From Chrysomallon squamiferum (taxonomy: Eukaryota > Animalia > Mollusca): a stretch of 64,000 nt of DNA. Position 1 is the first letter of the stretch, and every line of letters starts with the position of its first letter. A program made the position numbers and the translations under genes. Shown piece after piece: positions 41,343 to 54,237 of the stretch. The notes beneath the pieces were generated by a model. That model searched no databases. It saw only the letters and a program-made list of their open reading frames with translations, and was not told the origin of the DNA. Location of the stretch: positions 18,228,001-18,292,000 of the forward strand of contig CM022672.1 of the NCBI GenBank assembly GCA_012295275.1. Reading direction: 5' to 3'.

Positions 41343-44142
41343 CGTATTGATAGTCAAAGACTACCTGTTATTCTGTCATCAATGATCGATCGTTTTTATC
41401 ACCAAAATAAATAAATTACAACTTTTTCTGTCAAAACAGAAACAACTTGTACAGAAAATAGACTAGTGACTGTCGATTGCGAACACCAAAACTGACTTTA
41501 CGATGCGCTGTTCTTCTATTTAGCTATTCTTCGTACCGGGAAAGGGAAACGCCGTTCTTTAATGAAGCGACTTCTAATATTTAACAAGATCCTTATTTGA
41601 CTCTTTTCTTCTTCTTCGTCTTTACATTAGCTGTGATGATTAAACAGAAAATATAGCTTTTCGGCGAAGTAAAAATAAGATAACGCCAAATATTATCCCC
41701 CGCCACCGATAAATAAAAAGCTGTATGTGTATTCATATAATTATATCACTGCAACGGGAAAATATCATATGTGAAAATTATTTAATTTATCGTTTGAAAT
41801 GAAATATTGTTTGATTACTAAATGTGTAACGATACAATATTTAATAAATAATAATATAAAATAAATACTTTAAAGAATCTTGGCTTTCAAATAATATTAA
41901 ATATTAGACTTAGGTTTTATATTTTCCCCATTTTTATAAATGTTTCTCAAGCTTAATTTTTTTTTTTTTTTATTAAACGGTTGGATATAATTAGTTCAGC
42001 AGTTGTTAAAATGAGAAGTTTATATATGTTGTGGGTTAGTATAGACCAAGAAGCCCACCATAATTACGAAAAACATTTGAAATCTTTTTCATTTAAAGCA
42101 GGAAACAGCTGAAATCAAATACAAATTATCGGGGTTACAGATAATAAATAAATAAATACTGTTGACCCTCGATTTCACGAATTTCCTGAAATCTGGATTA
42201 AAATCTGGAAGAATCACAATATTTTAATTCATTGCTATTTCCTACTTGAAACCTCACCTACAGGTACTATTCAGTTATTCCAATTCCCATTATACGATCA
42301 CGGTCAGTGTCATATAGGCTTTCTAGGCTTGTGCCTAGGGCGGCAGTTAATGTTGCATAAATTCGTATTTTCACATTTGATTTATAAATAAATCATTATG
42401 TAAATGTAAAACCATGTTTTTGCTTTCAACTAGATCATAAGTTATAACCATTCATATTATATAAACTAAGTGGGAAGGGTGAGGAGCCTTGAGGAGGGGC
42501 GGTAAAATTTCTTTAGCCTACGGGCGTCAAGCACATCAAATCCAACTCTGATCACGGTAACCTTCTCTCAACCCACTTTCCTTCAGGGTAAGAGTAATTT
42601 TTACCGTTGCACCCATAACCACCCTAAACTAATTAACTAATCACCTAACCTAGCCAACATTTTTTGACAGTACATTTTTCTTTAGATAATTATACTGTGT
42701 AACACTTGTTTCCATTGTTATTATGTCTGTATTTTGTTCTTAGATTATTATATTACGTGCTATATAGCTGTTATGTGTACTAAATTTTAAGGTTTTGTTA
42801 AATTTTAGATTTAATGTTTACATTCCCCAGACTTTTGCATTTTCCTGACCGAAAATATTAGTCCGAAAAAAAAGAAGCTTTCTTGCACCAAGGGTGGGGC
42901 AAGACACTCAGTACAGCGGGCAAAAAGCAAAATAACCTTCTTGTTTTACCCCCAGGCTGTAAAGCTATTAATTCTGGATTTGCAAAATTTCCCCCAATTT
43001 TTAGTTGTTTATAAATAAGTGAAATAACATTGCTGTTGTTATTGTTATTTTCAGCTTAAAATAATAATGTTGAAATCAGTATTTTATAATCTCCCACTTG
43101 TTGGTTGCTTTATCATGGCAGAAGTTTAAATTCAAATTACTGAATAAAACGGATACATTTACATACATACATACATACATAGGCAACAACAATAACAACA
43201 ACGACAACAACAGCAACAACAACAGCGATAAAAATAGTACGTTAAGAATTAAAAATAGTTCTTCCTGAAGTTCACCTTATGTCCACAAAAAATAATATAA
43301 CAATTACAATTTGTTATATTATTACATCTTATTTTTTATATCAATCAATAATTACACACATTTACAGTTACACGTACTGTAAACAGAATAATATTATAAC
43401 ATATATATATAAAAAAAACCACATATATAATAACAACAACAACAACAATAAAACAATATCCAAAACACATGTATTATAATCTGTACGTATCTCAGAATTT
43501 AACAAAATAATGTTAACTGATGTTTTGTAACAGGCTTGTTAAATTGTTATTAACACTGTTTATAGATTCATCAGTAAAGCCACACCTCTAGATTAGATTT
43601 CAGACATTTCAATAATGATAACCATCATCTATCTAGTTCATAAATCAGTGTGACAATGGATGTCACGTGGCAGCAATTAATTTTTCGTACGGAATATTCT
43701 AAACACCTGGGCCTGTTGATACAATTAAATATTGTTTTTATTTAAAAATGTTGTCAACTGTAATTTTGCAACACACCCATAACCACAGTATTCAGGTAAT
43801 TTTTATTATTTATTTATTATTTTAAATGTACTAAATGTACTTATCCTGCTTTGTAGTGCATTTGAAATATTTGAATTACTGCGAAATGCTACCTGCTGTT
43901 ACTAGATAGAACGTGCAGTACAGCACGACGGAAATTGTCGACGTTTACCGAATACTAATACACGTGTATTTTACACTGTTATCATAGTAATGTTACGCCC
44001 CATCTAAGAGGAAGTTTTACAACCGTCGGAGGATAGTCTATTCATTTTAACTACCGTTCGACTGGAGAAGGCTGTGATTTTGTTTTTCTTAATGATCGAT
44101 AAACAGTTACAAAATGTTATGTAATGTATAAATTAAAGGAAA
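41343..44142. promoter_or_regulatory. Divergent intergenic/promoter region of the two QSOX genes
   Basis: 2.8 kb between the two ATGs. CpG-retaining zones flank each first exon (about 41350-41750 and 43880-44100). ETS-like ACCGGAA near 41535 and TGTCACGTGGCA at 43661-43672. Confidence 0.6.
42305..42550. mobile_element. Possible decayed hAT-like non-autonomous element between the QSOX genes
   Basis: GC-rich subterminal motifs GCCTAGGGCGGCA (about 42333) and GGGGCGG...GCCTACGGGCG...AAATCCAACTCTG (about 42495-42550) around an AT-rich core. TIRs and TSD are not cleanly resolvable. Confidence 0.3.
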
Positions 44143-47100
44143 ATGTCAGGTGGTCATTATTTGCGCTTGGCTCTGTTGAGTCTTTACTTTTTGGATTATT
44201 TACTAACAACTGAAACAAAAGGATTATATTCTGATGGGGACAGTGTGGTATCGATGTCTGCGAACGATTTCTATAAACATCTTTTGCACAAGGAAAACGC
44301 ATGGATGGTAGAATTTTACAACACTTGGTGCGGTCATTGTGTTAATTTTGCGCCAACTTACAAAAAGTTTGCTCGTGATGTTAAAGGTATTGGTATCTTC
44401 TTATTATAGGAAATTATTATGATCAGAGTGAAGGTCGCTGTTCCATATGATCACATTGCGTTTTCATTATGATGATTATCATAATAATAATTTCCCGTTT
44501 TGTTTTATCTTAAAGTTTAATTGTCATTTCTGATCACTAATATTATTCGACGTATAAAAATATTGTTCACATACTTATATTTAAAAAAATCATTTCCCTT
44601 CGTAATTTTATGTACGTGTTAATAATAAACATCTCATTATCATAAATAATAACTGTACAATGTCAGTAGTGAGAACATCCGCCTTAAACTTTAAAAATTT
44701 AACGAATGTTGACATGCAGGGAGGAAGAAATAAAGAAACAGAAGCTTTTGAATAAAACTGTCAAAATATTCATGAATTTATATAGCAAATATATATATCA
44801 TTTTCAAAATTTGTATTATTATTCTTTAATTTATTTACATTATAATATTTTTCAAATAATTACATTTTTATTTATTCATTTATTTTTGTTGTTGAATCTA
44901 AAATATCTTCAAGTATAATAATTGAGTAACTTTAATCCATGTTCTTTATAGATTTAATGATACTCAAATTTTAAAATATTTTTAATAATAATAATAATAA
45001 ATTGAGTAAGAATCAAAGTAATGAGAACACAGTATTGCCGTTTTTTAGTTTAACACAGAATATGAGTCATTATCTGTTCAGACACCCGATATAACTTGAA
45101 TCTTAATATTATATAATAGTGAATATATATAAATATGTATTTATATTTTTAAAATACATTATTAGCTGAAAATAACATAAAATGTAGAATTGTTATTGGA
45201 AGTTTGCATTTCTCTTAAAAACAGAAAATAGAGGAAAAAGCAAACACAACAAGCTTTTCATTCCTCAGATATACCAGATAATGTTATATGTAGAGGATAA
45301 TTATATGGTTATTATGTGTAAAGAGTTTGCAGCTGGCCAGTGATGTATTGATTTCATGATATGTGTGTGATTGGCCTTTAGAACTAGTGACATACATGTC
45401 TTCTGAAGACCTACCAATGTGAGAGGCCATATGGTGCTTTTACAGTCTTTATTACTTACCGATGTGCTGATTATTATAATATTAAAATTAAATAAAGTGT
45501 ATCAGACAGTTATTTGAAAATGTTGACTTTCCCTTGCCAGATCATGTAAAATGATATTTACATTGCAATAATAAACTGGGTTTTACAGATGCAGTGATAA
45601 AAAACCTGTTATATTCAGATTTTGTAATGATAAAAATTTATGTTCAGGCTTTCTATATTCATCAATGTAATTATGTTGTTTTGTCAAAAATAATGTTTTT
45701 TATGTATAATAATTTTTGGATGCATTTTTTTATACATTGCATCCAAACCATGCAATATGTATATAGATCAATTCAAAGAGTAAAGAAGAAAAATGGCTTT
45801 GATTAAATATTTTAAGAACAGAAGGTTGAAGATAAAATAATCTACTAAAAGAACACACATATATATGTATATGTGCTTTATAAATAACTGTTTTAGTGGA
45901 ACTGTAGTTGAATATCTTATCAGACTTATAATTTTGATACATACTATTCCTAATCCAAATTTGACCAAGTAACAGAAAAGTTATATAGATAATTGTATTT
46001 TTTGATTTTTATTATTGTTAATTCTTTTCATTTAGTCACATATATTGATACATATCTATGTACATCATCACTTGGTATGAGTTGAAATATGACAGGCTAA
46101 AACACTGAATATTAATGAGAAATTACATTTAAAATTTATGAAAACACTTTTGTGTTTTATAGTATTATTTGTAATTTATATTTTCAGGCTGGTCCAGAGT
46201 TTTATCTGTTGGTGCAATAGATTGTTCGCAAACTGAGAATTCTGAAATATGTCGGAAGTATGATATTGATGCCTACCCAGAGATTGTGGTATGTATTCAC
46301 CTTTTTAAAAAAACAGTTAAAACAAATGAAAACCCTCCCAAGTGTTTAGTAAAATACATTATATTGTATTTATAATATTAGAAGATGACTATATAGCTTT
46401 TATGTGATGAATATATATTTAATAAATGCGTCTTGTCTGAAATTTCGTTATTTTAATGCATCTGAAATTATATATATATTTTGTTTGTTTTGTATAATTA
46501 TTATTTTTTTTTTTATGAGTGCTTTTATTAACAAATAAGCAAAAGTTTTTGATATAAATATTTTAAAGATTATATTTATAGATAGTGAAATTTTCTTCAG
46601 AAATGTTGGTCTTTGAAAATACTTTATAAACTATTGTTTTAAAAAAAAACCCAATTGTACAGATCTCCAGAATGTTTCTGTTTATCTTTTAGCTGTTTGC
46701 TCCAAATGTCTCTCGATCTGACAAAGGATATCTTACTAGAGGTACCCGGGGAATGCAGACGCTTTTTAAGGATGCAATTCAGTTTGTTTCAGATAGGTCC
46801 AAGTTCAAAGCTCCAAAATCATGGCCACGCTTGGAGCCAGTGAAGTAAGTTCTTCAAGAAGTTGCTTTAGTTAGATTTCAGTATTTAACGTAATATCCAT
46901 TAATAATTGTACATATTTAACATTGATTTTCTGTCACATCATTCTTTACACAGGTTTAACACTAACTGTAGTTATTAGTAATTTCTTTGTTTGTATGTAT
47001 ATAAAAAAAAATGATGTATATGAAATGTCTTTTGTCTTCCTTTTTTTGGTCATCCTTTATTATTAGGGTCATTCCATGTCAAATCACCCCCCCCAAAAAA

Positions 47101-47407
47101 AAATTTAAACCCAACCGTCTCAGATTTTTATGAAACTTGGTATACTTGTTGACTGGAATCCCAGTTTAATAAAACTATAGGTCATTAAGTGTCAGTTTAG
47201 TTATAAAAATGTAGTTATTTAACATTTATATTTCGACAGTTGTGATATTTAGTTACATAATAGCCTTGCTTGTTGTCATTTATTCAAAATTGAATTATTA
47301 CATAAGTTAGTCTTTTCTTCTCATTCTTTTTTTTTTGGTATAAACAAACAGTTACATAAAACAGATAAACACATATGTATGCACATACAGACACACACAC
47401 ACACAAA

Positions 47408-47453
<46 letters not shown>

Positions 47454-48073
47454 TATAAATATTTATTTATTTATTTATGTTGGGTGTAAAATTTAATTTG
47501 CTTTCCAGGAACATTGAAGATATCTGGTCAGAGCCTTCAACAAAACACAAGCATGTTCTCCTGGTTTTTGAAAAAAAAGATTCCATTACAGGAAGAGAGG
47601 TTTGATATTTTAAACCAAAAGAAAAATTAAATAAAAATCATTTAACACATAAAAAATGCTGAAAGTCTCAAATGTTCTTGAATTTACTTTTTTTGCTCAA
47701 GTACCTTCAGATATTCATGAATTTACAGTAGCTCAAATTTAAATAAATTTTAGCATTTTATATTCAGGTTTTTTCATATTAGTCACTTTAGTGTCCTGTG
47801 ACTGACAATGAAATAAATTACAGATAATCTGTTTCAGCATTCACTGTAAAATAAATTTACATTTTAAGTGAAAAATAGTGGTGATTAAAGTGTATATACT
47901 GATAAAAGTAGCATGCATAAATAAAAAAAATATATATATAGATATAGATAGATAGATATGGATATAGAGACAGAGATATAGATAAAGATAAAATATAGAT
48001 AAATATATAGATGTTCATACAGATTTTTAAAATTAACTGAATGTTATAATTTCCAATTATATTTATTTATTTA

Positions 48074-48125
<52 letters not shown>

Positions 48126-48299
48126 TGGATACATGGTATCAGTATCATTTAATATTTAAATAATTATTGTAGACAAAACTGTGGTTAAAAACATTTGTTG
48201 ATCATTGATGTTTGCTAGTGTGTGTGCATATATATGTATATATTTTAAAAGTTATATTTTATATTTCTTGATAAATCATATTACTCAAAAAAAAAGAAG

Positions 48300-48340
<41 letters not shown>

Positions 48341-49469
48341 TTTGATATCTATCCCCTACTCAACTTAGAAAATTAGTAAGACCCTCAGATAATATATCAC
48401 TTTATCAAAGAGTTTTTATGTATTGCTTTGAGGTTTAAGAAAATTTGAGACTGTTATAACCTGATACTGTTATTAAAGCCTTTTCTGATTTTAATTTTCC
48501 TAAATTTGAGAGTGTTATAACCTGATACTTTTATTAAAGCCTTTTTTGATGTTAATTTTCCTCAAGATTGATAAACCAAATTTCAAAGAAGTATCTCATT
48601 TTAACAGATAATCCTGGACACGATGAATCAGCCACAGATTCTTGTCAGGCGTCTCCTTAAAGAATCAGTATCTAAATACGGCATCACCCAGTTCCCATCA
48701 CTGTATTCACTGTCGAAGGATGGAGCATATCAAAAACTGGCAGTGTTAGTTTTCAGTTTTATTTCATACACATCAGAAACAGTTAGATAATTCATGTCAA
48801 TCCTGTTAGTTTCTAGCAAAGTTGTATGCAATGGACACCTTGCATTTAACCAATAAAAGTTACACATTGGAATTGAAATTGTGGGTTTCTGCTCTAATGT
48901 CATGATGATAATCATCATCATGCAAAAATCATATAACTGAGAAATTATCATATTCAAATGTTTCAAGGTAATCTATAAAAATTTATATGCCTATAGATGT
49001 AAATATATACACACACCCACATATACACCACACCCTCACATACACAAGAATGCATATTTGCATATATATTGTGTTTTGTAAATTTTATTTTCAGTGGCAA
49101 AGGTGGTGAGAATGACCGTGCACTGTTTATCAATGTCATAAAGGAGAAGTTTGGCATCAACCTGAATGAAGGAGAGGAAGATGGCGCTGGTCAAGGTGAC
49201 ATGTCAAAGAACACAGACAATGAGGGTGCTGATAAAGATGAGCTGTCTACACACATTTCAAATGTGTAAGTACATACTGTTGAAAGGTTATCACTTTAAG
49301 TCACGTAAGTCACGCAAGTCACGTAAGTGCTGTGATATATTCTGTTTCATGTGACAAATTGTAAACCTCTGAATCAGTCCTATAATTTATTTTATCAAAA
49401 CAACAAAAACATCAATAATAATAATAATAATAGTAGTAATAGTAATAGTAATAGTAATAGTAATAATAA

Positions 49470-49504
<35 letters not shown>

Positions 49505-52500
49505 ATAATAATAATTTAAAATATAAATTTAAAAAAAAAAAAAAAAAAATCTGACTTGTTTTTCTACCCATCATCTACATTTCTCTGTCTCAGATGTAAC
49601 TAATATCAGAAATGTTCTCATTTGATATTAATAGGATTGCAACTTACTAAACTATGGAAATGTAAAATAATTTCTATAATTATGAATTGCAGTTTTATAG
49701 CTTTTTTTTTTTTTAATCTTTCCTAAAGGTCGGTTGTGCATATGCAGGACATAGAATCAGCTGTCACCTATTTGTTCAGACAAGAAGTTGCAATTCACAA
49801 GAATATAAATGGTGAGGCATTTCAAGCTTTGAAGAACTTTGTCTTGATACTTGCAAAGGTAAGACAAAATATTTGTGATCTTTTAAACATTTACTGTAAC
49901 TTACAGAAGATAGAAGTCTTTAAAGAGAGTGAATTCTAAAACTGTATCCATGGAAGAATGAACCTATATTCGACAAATAATATTCTGCACTGTATTAGCA
50001 TAATCAGTCTGGATTTGATTTATTTTGATTTATCTGATTTACTAGATATATATATATATCATACATAAAATTTAATACATTTTTCATTTTAGAATTAAAA
50101 AAAAAAGAAAAAAAATTGGAATATGCTATTAAGCTACTTGATGTTTTGCAGTACTTGCCTGTCAGGAAGCCCATCTCTAGTTTTCTGTGGAAGGTTTCTG
50201 ACTGGCTCAGTGAACAACATGGTGGACTGACTGGTGAAGAATGGAGTCATCAAATAGAAAGTCTACAGGTGAGAACAGCTTTGGTTTACTTTTAACATGC
50301 TACAGGGGACACAGATTTATACACAGGTTTATACACAAGTTTATACACAAGTTAGAGTATCACATGCTGATTTTCCTGCTGTGCAGGCATTCTGTGGTAA
50401 GCAATGCTGATTAAGAAAGGGCTGGGTTATTTTTAAAAAACTGCCATTGTTTTTCCAACATGGACCATGTGAGCAAGGACCACATAATGACATGCTGGTT
50501 TACATTTTCCTGCTGAGAAGTATTTTGTGTTACGTGATGCATGCCTAAAGTGTTTTTTGCCTGCAGTGGATTCTTTTACTTTTTTTTTGAAATGTTAAAG
50601 TTATGATTAGTTATCAGTTAATAAGAAAAATGCATAGCTGTGATTGTCCATTCCTGTCTGTTTATCTTCTGTGAATTGAAATATTAATTTGAAATAAACT
50701 AAATCCCTCTTTTCACTGAAAAAAAGCTTAACAGGTGAGTTTTGATTATTATAGCCAACAGTCTTTTTTCCATCCTGGTGGCTGCTACATTTAAAAAAAA
50801 AAGATGTTTGCCTTTCTATCTTTGGGAATCTTATATTATCAGTCTTGCAATTAAAGATCACCAAAATAATGCAAATGGCAAAATATAATTGGAAGTTTGG
50901 CATTAAATTAACGCTTGTGGCCTCTCTCAGAGTTTTAATTTCCCACAAAAAAACATTTGTTTTTTGTTTTTTTTGCCAATCATCCCATAATTTATACGAT
51001 CCAGTAATTTGAGAAATGGATCAGTAATCACTAACACATTTTGATAGCAGTTGTTGAAAACTATGAAAATTACTTCATCATTAACAGGCATCATTCACAG
51101 ATGGTAGATCATGCAGGGCTAGATTAGCCATTACAGTAATGACTGTAAAAATGCAATTAAAGTAATAAATTCATTATGTTTTCTAGTAACTAGTTAACTA
51201 ATTGTTATCTAGCCTTAAAACTTCAGAAAAACTTTCAGGTGCTAAATATTCATTCTTTAAATCATTCAGAATGTCGAGGTATGCTTCATTTTGTTTTATT
51301 TTCTTTGCTTTGCTTCATTCTGTTTTATGTTATAGTTATCATTCAAGCAACATTATCTGACAGAGAGATCCACATGACACGTCATTACTCAGATAATGTA
51401 TTCCACTAATATTTATCATGCATACATAATTGATATTAATTTCCATTCAGACCTCCTACACAGACATCAATAATTGTATCAGCTTGGTTTTTCAGAAGTA
51501 GGATATTTTTTTTTTTTTTTTTTTTTTATAACTGGAACAGATGTTTTAGCCTACAACATCTTGCAGTGCGCAGTTTGCATCTACAGATCTATAATTTAAA
51601 CATTTGAAATATCCCCAGACTGCCTCTGTGTCAGTTTTATTATTCATGTTTTATGCGTCTGTTAGCATTGCTAAAAGCTGTTGCCTTAAAGAAAACACTG
51701 ATGAAATGTCTTGAGAGTATGTTAGTAGAAGGCCATATGGAGGATATTTTAGAAGATTATTATTATTATTATTACTTTTGGTAGCAGTTTATGGGCAATT
51801 AAAAAAAAAATAATAATAATAATAAAATAAGACAAAACAAACAAAACAAAACAATTAAATAGAACATAGATGTCATATTTTAGCACATCCAACTAAATAT
51901 TTTGTGTCTTAATTTTTTGGAATATAAAATACATTAATTGAAATAGCCTAGAAAAAAAAAGAAGAAAAAAAAAGATGTTTGAAATTAGTATTAGTCTGTT
52001 TATTCCACTTGTTCTTTTAAAAGTAAAATGACTATTTGTAACTTAGTTTTTATTAAACAAAATATTATAAAGCATGTTTGTTTATTATTATTTTTTTTTT
52101 TTTTTAATTGAAGAACTTGATGCATACAAAATGCACAGGAAAGAAATTAAATAACACTAATACTAACATTGATACTAATTTTAATTAAGACAAAACATAC
52201 TGATTTGATACAGTAACCAGGATAAAAATATTACTCTTCTTGTTGTATGTTTCAATGATGCTTCGTTATATTGCTCTTGCTAATTTGGCAGAATCTCACA
52301 TGTATTGTTATTTTCTAATTGTTCTGAACTATAGAAAAAGAAAAAGAAAAAAAAGAAGAAATTGTGGGTGAAAACAACTGTGAGTCTGTGAGATTCCAGC
52401 TAAAAGTTTTTTTTTTTAAACTTTACTTTTTAGTTCAGTTTGTAGATAGTTGAGATTGCCTGCTACTGCTGTCTACCATTATGTGTTAACAGAAGTACTG

Positions 52501-53333
52501 AATTAATATGATTGTTTGGCCAAAGTGCAAAAGTCACAGATTTATTTAACTAAAAACTGCTGAAGCTGTATAATTTTCAATTAAAGGAATCATTCACTTA
52601 TTATTTGTACCGTTATTTTCAGAATGTATGCTTTGTCTTTTAACATTTTCGTGAAATAATGTATATTCTAATTTCATCTGCTTCCTTAATATCATTCTTA
52701 TTATTAATTCTTCAAGAGATTTTCTTTAGGTTTTCTTTTTTTATTATTATTATTTAATTCAATTATCTTTGTTTTCTGTTTTCTTTTATTTAACCATTAT
52801 AGATTTTATTTTTATTTTTTGGTCTTAATTTTGCTTTTATATATCTATTTTTTGAATTTAAAAAAAAAATTATTATTATTTTATATTTTTTAATTCACAT
52901 TGTTTTTTTAAAAAATATATTGTTTTTGTTTTTAGTCAAAAGAATCATTTCTGCCAGATAATATAGTCTGGACTGGTTGTCATGGCAGTAAGATGAAATT
53001 CAGGGGATATCCATGTAGCATGTGGACAATGTTCCACACCCTGACAGTCAGCTCTTACTTGTCCTCCAGGAAAGATAAAGGTAAAACATATTATTTTCTG
53101 TCAACACAGTTCATAACTGTTACAATCTGTAAGTCATTTTTATAGTCTTGATGAAAGGATAAAATTATATTTAACATTTGTAAACATTTATTTCAGTACT
53201 GAAAACCAAAGTTTTCTGAGATACCTGTAAAATGTTTAAATCTGAATTCAGTACTCAAAATTAGTTTTCTGAGGTATATGTAGAATTTTTAAAATGCTTA
53301 AGACTAGAACAAAATACTGGCTGGAATGGATCA

Positions 53334-53387
<54 letters not shown>

Positions 53388-54237
53388 TTGTGTGTGTGTG
53401 TCCATGCATGTGTTTGTGAATGCATGCATATGCTTGTTTGCCTGATTATTATTTTTTTATAAATAAATGTAATATAATACATCATCTATTTTTTCACCTG
53501 TGTTTTGTTTTTCTTGCCCAGTGGAACGCGACCCAGTGGAAGTTTTATCAGCAGTCCGTGGGTACATGACACACTTCTTTGGCTGTACAGAATGTGCCAA
53601 GAACTTCAACAAAATGGCCGTCACAATCCCACAAGAAGTAAAGAAGATGCCAGACTCTGTGCTGTGGCTGTGGAGTGCTCACAACAAAGCCAACAAGAGA
53701 CTCCACGGTGACCAGACCGAAGATCCTTTTTACCCCAAAATCCAGTTTCCATCTAAGGTCATGTGTTCCGAATGTCACAAACCGGGAAGCACGAATGCCA
53801 ATCCTATCTGGAACACACCGGAAGTGTTCAAGTACATCATCCACATGTACAGAGCGGAGGACATAGAAGAGGATGTGTCGAAGAATGCCAGTGGACAGAC
53901 TCAGAAACCTGGAGGGGCAACGGAAGAACTCGACTGGTGGGAGAGGCAGCAGAGAAAACAAGATCTGCGCAAGATCCAGGATATTCGCAGCAGGAAGAAG
54001 AACGGCTTCAGAGAAAGGCTGGAGAAACGGGAGTGGATTGAATTTCATCACCAGTTTAATGTAAAGGAAAAAGTATTTATTAGCACGAAAGCAATCAGTA
54101 GTTGGGGATTCCTAAGTAGTGTTGATCTAGGGATGTGTATGATTTTCTATTTTGTATGTGCTGTAATTATTTTGCTTATGTACTATCATTTTACTGTGAG
54201 AAAAAAATGGCGACCATGTGGCTTTTTTCCTGTATGA
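44143..54237 (+). CDS. QSOX: Sulfhydryl oxidase QSOX, paralog B (about 667 aa; C-terminal transmembrane helix and short cytoplasmic tail)
   Basis: Exons 44143-44386, 46188-46288, 46693-46844, 47509-47599, 48608-48744, 49095-49265, 49729-49858, 50152-50268, 52936-53080, 53522-54237 (2004 nt). All introns are GT-AG. Internal exon sizes equal those of paralog A except exon 6. Motifs: [24 protein letters not shown]; TM segment LGMCMIFYFVCAVIILLMYY followed by HFTVRKKWRPCGFFPV. Confidence 0.96.
47065..47170 (+). mobile_element. Possible DNA transposon/MITE terminal fragment in QSOX-B intron 3
   Basis: TAGGGTCATTCCATGTCAAATCACCC...TCTCAGATTTTTATGAAACTTGGTA resembles termini of common invertebrate non-autonomous DNA elements. 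No partner end was found. Confidence 0.3.
48441..48562 (+). repeat. 61-bp tandem duplication (QSOX-B intron 4)
   Basis: AAATTTGAGA(C/G)TGTTATAACCTGATACT(G/T)TTATTAAAGCCTTTT(C/T)TGAT(T/G)TTAATTTTCCT twice. Confidence 0.9.

Noticed and set aside
53505-54064. Overlapping alternative-frame and antisense ORFs over QSOX last exons (also 31213-31608)
   Set aside because: Shadow ORFs of a GC-richer coding exon. Their mutual similarity simply follows from the nucleotide identity of the paralogs.
31187-54237. The QSOX pair as a haplotype or assembly duplication, or one copy as a pseudogene
   Set aside because: Introns and most synonymous sites are diverged, and both frames are intact across all 10 exons.
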